Shown here piece by piece: positions 1 to 9,084 of a stretch of 64,000 nt of DNA. Location of the stretch: positions 800,001 through 864,000 of the forward strand of contig OY843768.1 of NCBI GenBank assembly GCA_963693095.2, read 5' to 3'. Below the pieces are notes generated by a model. The model searched no databases, was not told the DNA's origin, and worked only from the letters and a program-made list of their open reading frames with translations. The stretch is from Cenarchaeum sp. (GTDB lineage: Archaea > Thermoproteota > Nitrososphaeria > Nitrososphaerales > Nitrosopumilaceae). The stretch's first letter is position 1, and each line of letters opens with the position of its first letter. The position numbers and the translations under genes were made by a program.

Positions 1-2111
1 GGTGGAATCGACCGGTCGGTGACCGTGGCAGGATTGGTGATCTCTAGCACGTCGCCGCTGCGCACGCCCGTGTTTGACTGGAGCGGAAAGGTAAAGAGAA
101 TCTCGTCACGCGACTCGGTGTATACGGCACCGATAGACGTGTCACCTCCAGGAAGGGCAGCAGATGCGCCAAACCCGCCATGAATCTTGTCGTCTAGCGT
201 AACCAGGACAGAGCTAGTCGTCGCAGCGTTGCTTATCACAGCAGACAGCATCATCGGACCTGTCGTGTCCTCGGGATATGTTGCCCTGACTGCCGCAGCA
301 GAGGCGGAGCGTGGCGTTCCGGCCGCGTCAGTGACAGTTTCGGGGATTGTGAGTGTCCACGTTCCTGCGCGTGCGCCGGAGCCAAGGGGAAACGTCATCA
401 CGGGGCCGGCCACCATGGGCACGGCAGTAACACTAGCCGGCCCTGATCCCGAATTCGTCGTGCTCGCCGTGAGCTCAGCGCTGGCGCGCATCTCCTCGCT
501 GAATGTCACGACGATGTTGTTGCCCACCACCCGCGGAGGCGACGTGATCGATATTAGAGGCGGAATGCTTTCGGTGGCCACAACTGAGACACGCTGGCCA
601 GTTTCTGCCATGTTGGTTCCCAAAGAGTCCCTGATCGGCACTGCCGGAGCCACGTACTCGACAGTTGGCGTGGAACCCGTCGATTCAAGCGGGTCATGCG
701 TTAGTGTGTAAAGTGAGGCCGTGCGGATGATCGAGTCGGGACGGACACCATCGACACGCCAGTTTTCCCTGTCAAGCATCAGGGTGGGAGTGCTGCCATC
801 GGTGGTGATCGCAGAGTTGACCACCGTCTCGCTAAACGCAATGTCAGTCTCGGTAAGGCTAATTGCCCTAGCGCCAAAAGTTGGGGGAATGGCATCGATC
901 ACAAACACAGTATCCGTCTCCAGGGCAACCCCGGGCGCATCTCCGAGCGTAATGCCGCCAGAGGCAGGTTTTGTGTAAGTGACACCAAAGAATGGCGACG
1001 TGTCGCCAAGGGGCTCGTGCGTGATGACCAGGGCGCTTACAGTAGAGTCATCGGCAATGGTGTGCGTTGACTTTGCCACTGCCGGTGGGCCGGCCACGGC
1101 AGCCCTGGCCACAGGCGCACCCTGTTGGGCGCCAAGCGCGATGCTCAGCACTTTTTTGTCCACAGTCGCCGTGCCTGTCCTGGTGGTGATCTCTTCACTA
1201 GCTGTCCAGTGGTCAGTGTCAATCGTGCCCATTGGCACAGAGTCACTGAACGCGAGGTGCGTGGTTTCAAGATCGACTGCGGTTGCAGTAAAGACGGCCA
1301 TTTGCGTTCCCAGCGTCATAATGGTATATGTCGTGCCTGGCGCTATCTTGGTGGGCGGGGTACCCCTGTCAGTAAGCTCGTCAGGAACGCCTATCACGTA
1401 CGTCGTTCCAGGGGTCGCAGCCATTGTAAACCCCAGGACGATCCTGTGCTCCAGGCTCTCACCTGCCGACGGACTGGCAGTGACCGTGCCAAGCGACGGA
1501 CTGATCGTCCAGGTGCCCGAGGTTGTCACACCCTCGCTAAATTCAACCACGGCACCCATGAGATCATCCGCAAATGTGGCACGCAGGACAACCGGCACTG
1601 TGCTCGCCCCCACAACCACATTGCTCGTTGAGAATACCGGATTGTCATCAGAGTCCACCAGGCTCGAGCCGGCATTCGAATGTGGGGCAAACGACCCATA
1701 TGAGACATACACCGTGCCAGCAGTGAATGCTGTGGGATTATGCTCCAGGACCAGCTCGGTGATGGCATCATCGGCACTTAGCGTAACGGGGTTGACGCGA
1801 TCCACCCGCTCGAACACGGTTTTGTCAGCATTGTGGCCATATTGCAGGGCAAACACGCGCAGATATGCCGGAAACCCCCCTGACTCGATTCGCTGCAGCC
1901 AGTTGTCGGCGTCCAGGACGCCATGAACCGGCTCGCTGAACACGATTGTCGTGCGCGAGGAATCCGCGCCCACTCGGGCAGTGAACGTCGGCATGGCAGC
2001 GTCGGCCTGCGCGGTGACATCCTCAATGTGCCCCACGGCAGCCACTGCGGCGAGCACACCCACAAACAGCACGAGTCCTCTCGGGCGCAACACGGCCAAA
2101 TTCCGCAGCAT
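1..2111 (-). CDS. Large secreted/cell-surface protein with repeated Ig-like beta-rich modules (5' part only; continues past window start)
   Basis: Not in the ORF track because it has no stop in the window. Manual translation from ATG 2111 gives MLRNLAVLRPRGLVLFVGVLAAVAAVGH (signal peptide-like), then Thr/Ser/Val-rich modules with recurring 'PTF.A....T.IxFSE' motifs. TATA-like TTTATAT lies just upstream. Confidence 0.8.
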   Translation of the reverse strand, partial: MLRNLAVLRPRGLVLFVGVLAAVAAVGHIEDVTAQADAAMPTFTARVGADSSRTTIVFSEPVHGVLDADNWLQRIESGGFPAYLRVFALQYGHNADKTVFERVDRVNPVTLSADDAITELVLEHNPTAFTAGTVYVSYGSFAPHSNAGSSLVDSDDNPVFSTSNVVVGASTVPVVLRATFADDLMGAVVEFSEGVTTSGTWTISPSLGTVTASPSAGESLEHRIVLGFTMAATPGTTYVIGVPDELTDRGTPPTKIAPGTTYTIMTLGTQMAVFTATAVDLETTHLAFSDSVPMGTIDTDHWTASEEITTRTGTATVDKKVLSIALGAQQGAPVARAAVAGPPAVAKSTHTIADDSTVSALVITHEPLGDTSPFFGVTYTKPASGGITLGDAPGVALETDTVFVIDAIPPTFGARAISLTETDIAFSETVVNSAITTDGSTPTLMLDRENWRVDGVRPDSIIRTASLYTLTHDPLESTGSTPTVEYVAPAVPIRDSLGTNMAETGQRVSVVATESIPPLISITSPPRVVGNNIVVTFSEEMRASAELTASTTNSGSGPASVTAVPMVAGPVMTFPLGSGARAGTWTLTIPETVTDAAGTPRSASAAAVRATYPEDTTGPMMLSAVISNAATTSSVLVTLDDKIHGGFGASAALPGGDTSIGAVYTESRDEILFTFPLQSNTGVRSGDVLEITNPATVTDRSIP

Positions 2112-2163
2112 TAAGATATAAACATAGTGTGAAAATCCACGCCAAATGCCACGTGGACACTAT

Positions 2164-2583
2164 CTAGCAGGGTCTCTCGTCCACGATGCGGATCGGCGCA
2201 CCAGAGCTGTCCCAGGCGCATATGTCGCCCTCCTCGTACGGGTATGCGACGATGACTGAGACGAGGCCAAAAAAGTTGTGCAGGTCAGGAACCGAAGGGC
2301 GCGCCGTCCCGCTAGGGTGCGAGTGGAACATGCCAACATAGCTCTTGTCAAACGGGAGAAACGAGTGCGGAAACCCCGCAAACGTAGGGCCGCTGTGCGA
2401 GAACGGCGGCACGACGAGGCCATCGACTGCAATGCCGGCCCCCTTTGACTTTCCGCGAAGTATGAGGATCGCCTCGTTCGGGTGCCGCATCTTGCTGTAC
2501 GAGAGTATGCCGTCGCGCACGTCCCCCGATATCCAGAGCTTGCGCTCAGGCGGGGGCGACTTTGGCTTTCTAGAAAAGAACAT
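2164..2583 (-). CDS. Mov34/MPN/JAB (JAMM) metalloprotease family protein
   Basis: HPNE...FHSHPSG..RPS..D JAMM motif. Confidence 0.9.
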   Translation of the reverse strand: MFFSRKPKSPPPERKLWISGDVRDGILSYSKMRHPNEAILILRGKSKGAGIAVDGLVVPPFSHSGPTFAGFPHSFLPFDKSYVGMFHSHPSGTARPSVPDLHNFFGLVSVIVAYPYEEGDICAWDSSGAPIRIVDERPC

Positions 2584-2743
2584 TGCCGGATCAGCGCCCC
2601 GGCGCGTGCCGCACGGGCATGGCTAGCGCCACATGTCGACTTGCCATCACGAGGCGTGTGCGCGCTGACCCGTATAAGCCTGCCGAGTGGGGGCGCGCTG
2701 CCCCATCAGTTGGTTTTTAAGCGCCGCCACGAGCCGCGCACGC

Positions 2744-4138
2744 ATGAAACTCGCGTTGGCCATGGCCATCTGCCTTACCGCAGTCGCCCTCCCTGCCGCA
2801 TACGGCGAGGAGGGCATGGTGACATACATGGGCGAGTCATTCTCGTTCATGTATCCGGAGAACTGGTCCGTATACGACGAGGGCGTGGCGCAGTGGGACA
2901 CCTGGACCGTGCCAGTGTGGGCATTTGGGTCTGATGAGCGCAATGTCGACTCGAGGCTCTATGTCGCCGAGATACCCCCCGTCATAGGCGCAGATGAGAA
3001 GTGGAGCGACTCAAAGTACATTGCGCGCATTGCGACATCAGAGGCAGAGTTTTGCGCAAGCGGGGCGATCGCGTGGGGGCGCTATGCGTGCGTTGACTTT
3101 GAGGTGGTTCACGCGTCACACTATTCGACGAACCACCCATACTATCTTGTCGTCTTTGAGTGGGTTCGCGAGTACGCCGACGGATCCAGGGTCGAGGCCA
3201 CAGCGGCGCGAATCGACGTGCCCGCCGAGTCTGGAACGATGGTGATGTTTGCCGAGGCGCCGTCCACAAAGTGGGAGCGCCTTGGGCTCCTCGACTCGGT
3301 CAGGTCGTTTGCGCCATCTGGCGGGTTTGGTGGACCGACTGAGGCCACGATGACGATGCTAGCCGAGAACGTCTACCACTATTACGACTCGTATGGAACC
3401 CTAGTGGTCATCGGTGAGGATGATGTCCTCATCACGGACACGGCAAACACGGCAAGGGCCGAGGCCCTAAAGGAGGCCATCGCCGAGATCACCGAAACGC
3501 CAGTCACGATGATCGCGCTCTCGCACGAGCACTATGACCACGTTGGCGGAACCGGCGTCTTTGAGGACGCAAATATAGTCTGTCACATAAACTGCGCGCC
3601 AGTCTTTGAGCTCTCGACGTTCATGGACGTGCCGGACAAGGTTGACATTGAGTTTGACGAGTACCACGAGATCGACGTTGGCGGCATTACAGTCGAGCTC
3701 CACCACATTGCGCCGGCTGACGGCGATGCGACAACGGTTATCTACCTGCCGGATCACGGCATTGTCGCAACATCAGACCTCTACACTCCCGGCGGCCTCA
3801 CGGACGCCAGGTGGATAACTGACACAAACCTCCTCGGCACGCGAAAGGTCCTCACCGAGATGGCCTCATGGGACATAAAGCACGAGATAAACAGCCACTA
3901 TCCGGGCACAGACACCTCAAACCTGCGCAAGGCCCTGACGTTCTTTGATGACCTGCAGGATGCCGTCACCGACGAGCTTGCCGCCGGACTCGAGCGCGAC
4001 GGCATCTTTGGCATATACAAGGCAATGGCCACGATGCCTGACACGATAGAGCTCCCCCACTATTCCTCGTGGAACAACTATGAGGACCTTCCGCGCTATA
4101 TCGAGAGAATGGCCGAAGCGATAACGCACGGCGACTAG
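2744..4138 (+). CDS. Secreted two-domain protein: PsbP-like N-terminal domain fused to an MBL-fold metallo-hydrolase
   Basis: Signal peptide MKLALAMAICLTAVALPAAYG; FSFMYPENW (PsbP-like); SHEHYDHVGG (HxHxDH), SDL, NSH. Confidence 0.8.
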   Translation: MKLALAMAICLTAVALPAAYGEEGMVTYMGESFSFMYPENWSVYDEGVAQWDTWTVPVWAFGSDERNVDSRLYVAEIPPVIGADEKWSDSKYIARIATSEAEFCASGAIAWGRYACVDFEVVHASHYSTNHPYYLVVFEWVREYADGSRVEATAARIDVPAESGTMVMFAEAPSTKWERLGLLDSVRSFAPSGGFGGPTEATMTMLAENVYHYYDSYGTLVVIGEDDVLITDTANTARAEALKEAIAEITETPVTMIALSHEHYDHVGGTGVFEDANIVCHINCAPVFELSTFMDVPDKVDIEFDEYHEIDVGGITVELHHIAPADGDATTVIYLPDHGIVATSDLYTPGGLTDARWITDTNLLGTRKVLTEMASWDIKHEINSHYPGTDTSNLRKALTFFDDLQDAVTDELAAGLERDGIFGIYKAMATMPDTIELPHYSSWNNYEDLPRYIERMAEAITHGD

Positions 4139-5607
4139 TATCCGCGCGCAAAGAGCGGTGCCGGACCGGCGCACGCCCCGCCACACACAACGCACTTGCC
4201 CCCGCCCTCGCCGCCAAACGGGATGACCCTAATCTCGGCGCCCGTCTTGTCCTTGACCTTCTCCTCGCACTCCGGAGAGCCGCACCACGCGGCCCTGATG
4301 AACCCGCCGCGCTCGACGAGGCGCGCAAGCTCGTCATACGAGGAGGCATCATGCGTCATTGCGCCCTGCGCCTTGCGCGCGGCCTCTAGCATCTCGGCGT
4401 GCATCGTGTCCATGATGCCCGTGACTGTGGCAATCTCGCCAAAGGCGACGCGCGACTTTGCCCTGTTGTGCCTTGTCACGACGACGGCCTCGCCGGACTC
4501 GATGTCCTTGGGCCCGACCTCTATCCGGACTGGCACGCCACGCAGCTCCCAGTCGTTAAACTTGAAGCCCGGCGTGAGGCCCTCGCGCGAGTCGACGTGC
4601 GCCCTCACGCCGGCGCCGGAGAGCGCATCGCGCAGCTCGGAGGCCTTGGCCATTACGCGCGACTCGGCATCATCGTCATAGTATATTGGCACTATGACGG
4701 CCTGGATCGGCGCGACGCGCGGGGGCAGGACAAGGCCCTTGTCATCACCATGGACCATTATCATCGCGCCAATTAGCCTCCACGAGACGCCCCAGGATGT
4801 CTGCCAGGCGGGCTGCTCAACATTGTCACGGTCGGCGTACTTTATCCCAAACGGGACAGAAAAGTTTTGTCCCAAAAAGTGTGACGTGCCCATCTGGAGC
4901 GCCTTGCCGTCAGGCATCATGGACTCCACGGCGAGCGTGTGGACCGCGCCGACGAACTTTTCGCGCTCGCTCTTTGTGCCGCGCACAACGGGGATGGCAA
5001 GCTCGCGCTCCATGACGCCCGCATACGCGTCGAGTGCGCGCTCGGTCTCGGCCTCTGCCTCCTCGCGCGTCTCGTGCGCAGTGTGGCCCTCCTGCCACAG
5101 GAACTCGGATGTGCGCAGGAACGGGCGCGTCGCCTTTATCTCGGCGCGCAGTGCCGTGTTCCAAAAGTTGATGCGAAGCGGCAGGTCGCGCCAGCTCTTT
5201 ATCCACTTTGAGTACATTTCGTATGCGAGCGCCTCAGACGTCGGGCGCAGCGCGAGCCTGTCGCCGAGCTCAGAATTGCCAGAGTGCGTGACCCAAAAGA
5301 CCTCAGGGGTAAACCCCGCAAAGTGGTCCGCCTCGCGCGACAGGAGCGACTCGGGTATGAGCGTGGGCAAAAACGCGTTGCGCACGCCGTTCTTTGCAAA
5401 CTCGGCATCAAGCGTGGACCGGAGGGACTCCCAGATGGAGTATCCGTCAGGACGCAGGACCATGAGGCCCTTGACTGGCGCATAGTCGGCAAGCTCGGCC
5501 TTTAGGACCACCTGCGTGTACCACTCGCTAAAATCCCCCGACTTTGGTGCAGTTATGCCGACGAGCGGCGCGTTTCGCCTTGCCAATGCGGCAGACTGCG
5601 CGCGCAA
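4135..5607 (-). CDS. proS: Proline--tRNA ligase (archaeal/eukaryotic type)
   Basis: DFSEWY, LRPTSE, FLRTSEFLWQEGHT, QMGTSHFLGQNF, SWGVSWR; true start may be a few codons downstream. Confidence 0.97.
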   Translation of the reverse strand: MRAQSAALARRNAPLVGITAPKSGDFSEWYTQVVLKAELADYAPVKGLMVLRPDGYSIWESLRSTLDAEFAKNGVRNAFLPTLIPESLLSREADHFAGFTPEVFWVTHSGNSELGDRLALRPTSEALAYEMYSKWIKSWRDLPLRINFWNTALRAEIKATRPFLRTSEFLWQEGHTAHETREEAEAETERALDAYAGVMERELAIPVVRGTKSEREKFVGAVHTLAVESMMPDGKALQMGTSHFLGQNFSVPFGIKYADRDNVEQPAWQTSWGVSWRLIGAMIMVHGDDKGLVLPPRVAPIQAVIVPIYYDDDAESRVMAKASELRDALSGAGVRAHVDSREGLTPGFKFNDWELRGVPVRIEVGPKDIESGEAVVVTRHNRAKSRVAFGEIATVTGIMDTMHAEMLEAARKAQGAMTHDASSYDELARLVERGGFIRAAWCGSPECEEKVKDKTGAEIRVIPFGGEGGGKCVVCGGACAGPAPLFARGY

Positions 5608-5614
5608 GCGTTAA

Positions 5615-6163
5615 TTAGCCTTGCGAGGGCACGTTCGCCTTTATGGGGAGGCCCATGCACAGAACCTTGCCACGCACGCGACTCTGAAAGTTAGAGCACA
5701 CAAAGCATTTTAGGAACTGCACGTCACGCTCAAGGACAGGACAGTCCACGTACTCTCGCTTCATGCGCCTCAGCATCTTGGCGCTCACGCCCTTTATGTT
5801 GATCTTGCCGCCGGGCATCATGCCGGCCGCCACTAGCTCCTCGCGCGTGTCAGCCTCGATCTTTGGGGCGACCTCGTGCTCGTGTATCTCGACTTCGTAC
5901 TTGTGCGTCATGGTGCGGCCATTCTCCACGATAGGATCAGGCGCACCATCCTGGGCGGCCTCTGGGGCGGCCTCCTGTGTCTCCGGTGCGGCCCCCGGGG
6001 CGGCCTCCTGTGTCTCCGGTGCGGCCTCTGATGCGGCCCCCTGCGACTCCGGTGCGGCCTCTGGCGCATCAGGCATTGGCTCGGCCATTGCAGGGGCGTT
6101 CTGCCCCTCTGGCGTGCCCGTCATGTCTGGCTGCGACGACATGCCGCTCCACTCTTTGCTCAA
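5615..6163 (-). CDS. Hypothetical protein with an acidic Ala/Pro/Glu repeat N-terminus and a Cys-rich C-terminal domain
   Basis: Overlaps the ppdK stop; C-terminal CP...C..C...C pattern. Confidence 0.75.
   Translation of the reverse strand: MSKEWSGMSSQPDMTGTPEGQNAPAMAEPMPDAPEAAPESQGAASEAAPETQEAAPGAAPETQEAAPEAAQDGAPDPIVENGRTMTHKYEVEIHEHEVAPKIEADTREELVAAGMMPGGKINIKGVSAKMLRRMKREYVDCPVLERDVQFLKCFVCSNFQSRVRGKVLCMGLPIKANVPSQG
5964..6062. repeat. Three imperfect 33-bp tandem repeats within the CDS (approximately AAPETQEAAPE)
   Basis: GGGGCGGCCTCCTGTGTCTCCGGTGCGGCC at 5964 and 5997, degenerate copy at 6030. Confidence 0.85.
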
Positions 6164-8910
6164 TCCTGCCCGTCCCTCTTTGTTGGCGCCTGCGCGTCAG
6201 GTGCGGGCCGTGATCGTGATGGCTTTTTGCGCGAAGAGGCAGTCGGGGACTTGCGCGAGGGCGCCTTTGTCTCGCCGAGGGCAGCCTGCGCTGCGGCCAC
6301 GAGCGCTATGGGTATGCGGTGCGGCGAGGCGCTCACATAGTCCACGCCGGCCGCATGGCAGAACGCTATCGAGGACGGATCGCCGCCGTGCTCGCCGCAG
6401 ATTCCGACCTCCATTCCGGCCCGCGCGGCGCGCCCTGAGGACATGCTGATCCGCATGAGCTCGCCGACGCCATCCTCGTCTATTGACTGGAAGGGGCTGG
6501 TCCGGATGATCTCCTTTGCCATGTACTCTGGCAGGAACTTGCTCTCGGCATCCTCGCGGCTAAAGCTGAACGTCGCCTGCGTGAGGTCGTTGGTCCCAAA
6601 GCTGAAAAACTCGGCAGTCTTTGCGAGCTCGCCAGACGTCAAGGCCGCGCGAACCACCTCGATCATGGTCCCAAAGCTTATGCGCGGGGTAACCTTGTGC
6701 TTTTTGGCAATGTCCGCAGAAACGCGGTCAAAGATGCCACGAACCAGGAGGAGCTCGGCGGCGCTGCCCACCTGCGGAACCATTATCTGCGCTATCGCGC
6801 GAACCTTTTTGCGCGAGAGCGATATTGCCGCCTCAAAGACTGCGCGTATCTGCATCTCGTATATCTCGGGGAACGTCACGCCGACACGGACGCCCCTGTG
6901 GCCCATCATTGGGTTGACCTCAGAAAGGTCGACGGCGCGCTGCTGAAGGGCCTTTTCGGCCTCCATCTTTCTCTTGGCCTTTATCTTGCGCAGGCGGGAC
7001 ATGCGCTCGCCAAACTCTGCGGGGTTTGGCAGGAATTCGTGGAGCGGCGGGTCAAGGAGGCGTATAGTCACGGGACGGCCGTCCATTGCGCGGAGTATCT
7101 TTGCAAAGTCGTTGCGCTGCAAAACCTCGAGCTTTGTGAGGATTGCGCGGCGCTTCTCCTCGTTGTCGGCCATTATCATGTCGACAAAGAGGCCGATCCG
7201 GTCCTTTTCGTTAAACATGCGCTCGGTCCGGCACAGGCCAATTCCCTCAGCGCCGTTCTCGCGCGCGGCGCGCGCAGCCTCTGGCGTGTCGGCGTTGGCC
7301 CGCACGCCAAGCTTTTTGGAGGCGCGAGCCCAGCCCAGGATGGTCTTAAAGTCGCGCGTCACGCGCGGCGCGTTGGTCTCGACCTCGCCAGCATAGACTG
7401 TCCCGCTGTTGCCGTCGATCGTTATCGTGTCGCCCTCCTTTATCCTCGACTCGCCTGAGACGCACACGCGCGAGTTGGTGTCGATCCTCATGGCCGATGC
7501 CCCGACTATGCAGGGCTTGCCCATGCCGCGCGCGACTACTGCCGCATGCGAGGTCTTGCCGCCCTTGCTAGTGAGTATCCCGACTGACGAAAAGAACGCC
7601 GGCACGTCCTCGGGACGCGTCTCCTCGCGGACAAGAATGACGGGCTTGCCAGACTCGGCGGCGGCCGTCGCGCGCGCCACATCAAGGATCACAATGCCAG
7701 TCGCCGCGCCCGGCGAGGCGGCAATGCCCGATGTGAGCTGCTGCGCGGCGCGCGCAGCAGACATGCTGATCGTCGGGTGGAGGAGCTGCTCGAGCTGCTG
7801 TGCGCCAAGGCGCATTATCGCGCGATCGCGATCGATGAGGTCTTCAGAGACCATGTCAACTGACGTCTTTACCATTGCGGCGGCGTTCATCTTTGCGTTG
7901 CGCGTCTGCAGTAGGTAAAAGCTGCCAGTCTCGACTGTGAACTCGATATCCTGCGGCTCCTTAAAGTGCGTCTCCAAAAGCTTGCACGTCTCCTCGAGGC
8001 GCGCGTACATCTTTGGCATGTCCTTGCGCATCTCCGAGACCGGCTTTGGCGTGCGGCTTCCGGCAACGACGTCCTCACCCTGCGCATTGACAAGGTACTC
8101 GCCAAATATCCTCTTTTCGCCCGTGCCGGGGTTTCGCGTAAAGACCACGCCAGTCGCGCTGTTCGTGCCCCTGTTGCCAAAGACCATCGTCACTATGTTT
8201 ATCCCCGTCCCGTCGGCGATATCCTCGGTGATGCCGTTCTTGTCGCGATAGACGACGGCGCGCTCGCCCATCCAGCTGCGAAAGACGGCCTCGATCGCAA
8301 GCTCTAGCTGTTCTGTGGCGTCTGAGGGAAACGCCCTGCCGGCATGCTTTGAGAATATCTCCTTGTAGCGCGTGACGAGGCGGCGCAGCGAAATGTCATC
8401 TAGCTGCGAGTCGAGCTCGACCTTTGCTGCCCTCTTTGACTCGGCGAGTGCGGCCTCGAATAGCGAGTCGTCGATCCCAAAGACGACCTTGCCAAAGAGC
8501 TGCACGAGGCGCCGGTACGAGTCCCACGCAAAGCGCCGGCTCCCCGAGGATATCGCAAGGCCCTCGACGCTAGAGTCGTTGAGGCCGACGTTGAGTATGG
8601 TGTCCATCATGCCCGGCATGGAGATTGCGGCCCCAGAGCGGACCGAGACGAGTATTGGGTTGTTGCGCGAGCCCCATGTCTTGCCGGTTCGCTCCTCGAG
8701 CTTTGCCACGCTCTTGCGAACCTGGGCCATTAGCGTGGGCGGGAGCTTGCCGCCTGACGCATAGTAGGACTTGCACGCCTCTGTCGTTATGACAAAGCCC
8801 GGCGGGACCGGCAGGCCCATGCGCGTCATCTCGCAAAGTCCGGCGCCCTTGCCGCCTAGGAGCCTCCTGTTTGAGGGGTCGCCCTCGTCAAAAAAGTATA
8901 TTGGCTTCAT
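6160..8910 (-). CDS. ppdK: Pyruvate, phosphate dikinase
   Basis: LLGGKGAGL, VSVRSGA..SMPGMMDTILN, GGKTSHAAVVAR, GIGLCRTE, SFGTNDLTQ, GICGEHGGDP. Confidence 0.97.
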   Translation of the reverse strand: MKPIYFFDEGDPSNRRLLGGKGAGLCEMTRMGLPVPPGFVITTEACKSYYASGGKLPPTLMAQVRKSVAKLEERTGKTWGSRNNPILVSVRSGAAISMPGMMDTILNVGLNDSSVEGLAISSGSRRFAWDSYRRLVQLFGKVVFGIDDSLFEAALAESKRAAKVELDSQLDDISLRRLVTRYKEIFSKHAGRAFPSDATEQLELAIEAVFRSWMGERAVVYRDKNGITEDIADGTGINIVTMVFGNRGTNSATGVVFTRNPGTGEKRIFGEYLVNAQGEDVVAGSRTPKPVSEMRKDMPKMYARLEETCKLLETHFKEPQDIEFTVETGSFYLLQTRNAKMNAAAMVKTSVDMVSEDLIDRDRAIMRLGAQQLEQLLHPTISMSAARAAQQLTSGIAASPGAATGIVILDVARATAAAESGKPVILVREETRPEDVPAFFSSVGILTSKGGKTSHAAVVARGMGKPCIVGASAMRIDTNSRVCVSGESRIKEGDTITIDGNSGTVYAGEVETNAPRVTRDFKTILGWARASKKLGVRANADTPEAARAARENGAEGIGLCRTERMFNEKDRIGLFVDMIMADNEEKRRAILTKLEVLQRNDFAKILRAMDGRPVTIRLLDPPLHEFLPNPAEFGERMSRLRKIKAKRKMEAEKALQQRAVDLSEVNPMMGHRGVRVGVTFPEIYEMQIRAVFEAAISLSRKKVRAIAQIMVPQVGSAAELLLVRGIFDRVSADIAKKHKVTPRISFGTMIEVVRAALTSGELAKTAEFFSFGTNDLTQATFSFSREDAESKFLPEYMAKEIIRTSPFQSIDEDGVGELMRISMSSGRAARAGMEVGICGEHGGDPSSIAFCHAAGVDYVSASPHRIPIALVAAAQAALGETKAPSRKSPTASSRKKPSRSRPAPDAQAPTKRDGQD

Positions 8911-9084
8911 TCTCGCGCGCGCGCGTAATTTAGCGGTGCTTTAAAGGGTTGCCCATTTTCACGGATTCTAGATCTGCCGGGGCGGGCGCGGCCCATGTGG
9001 ACAGGCCCTGAAAGCAGGTGCCCCACGCAGGCCGGCGGTGCCCAACCCCGTGGCCACCAGAGCCCTCCTGCAAACGCCTCGCCG

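Noticed and set aside
187-1926. Plus-strand ORFs of 174, 85 and 315 aa
   Set aside because: Antisense shadows of the minus-strand surface protein.
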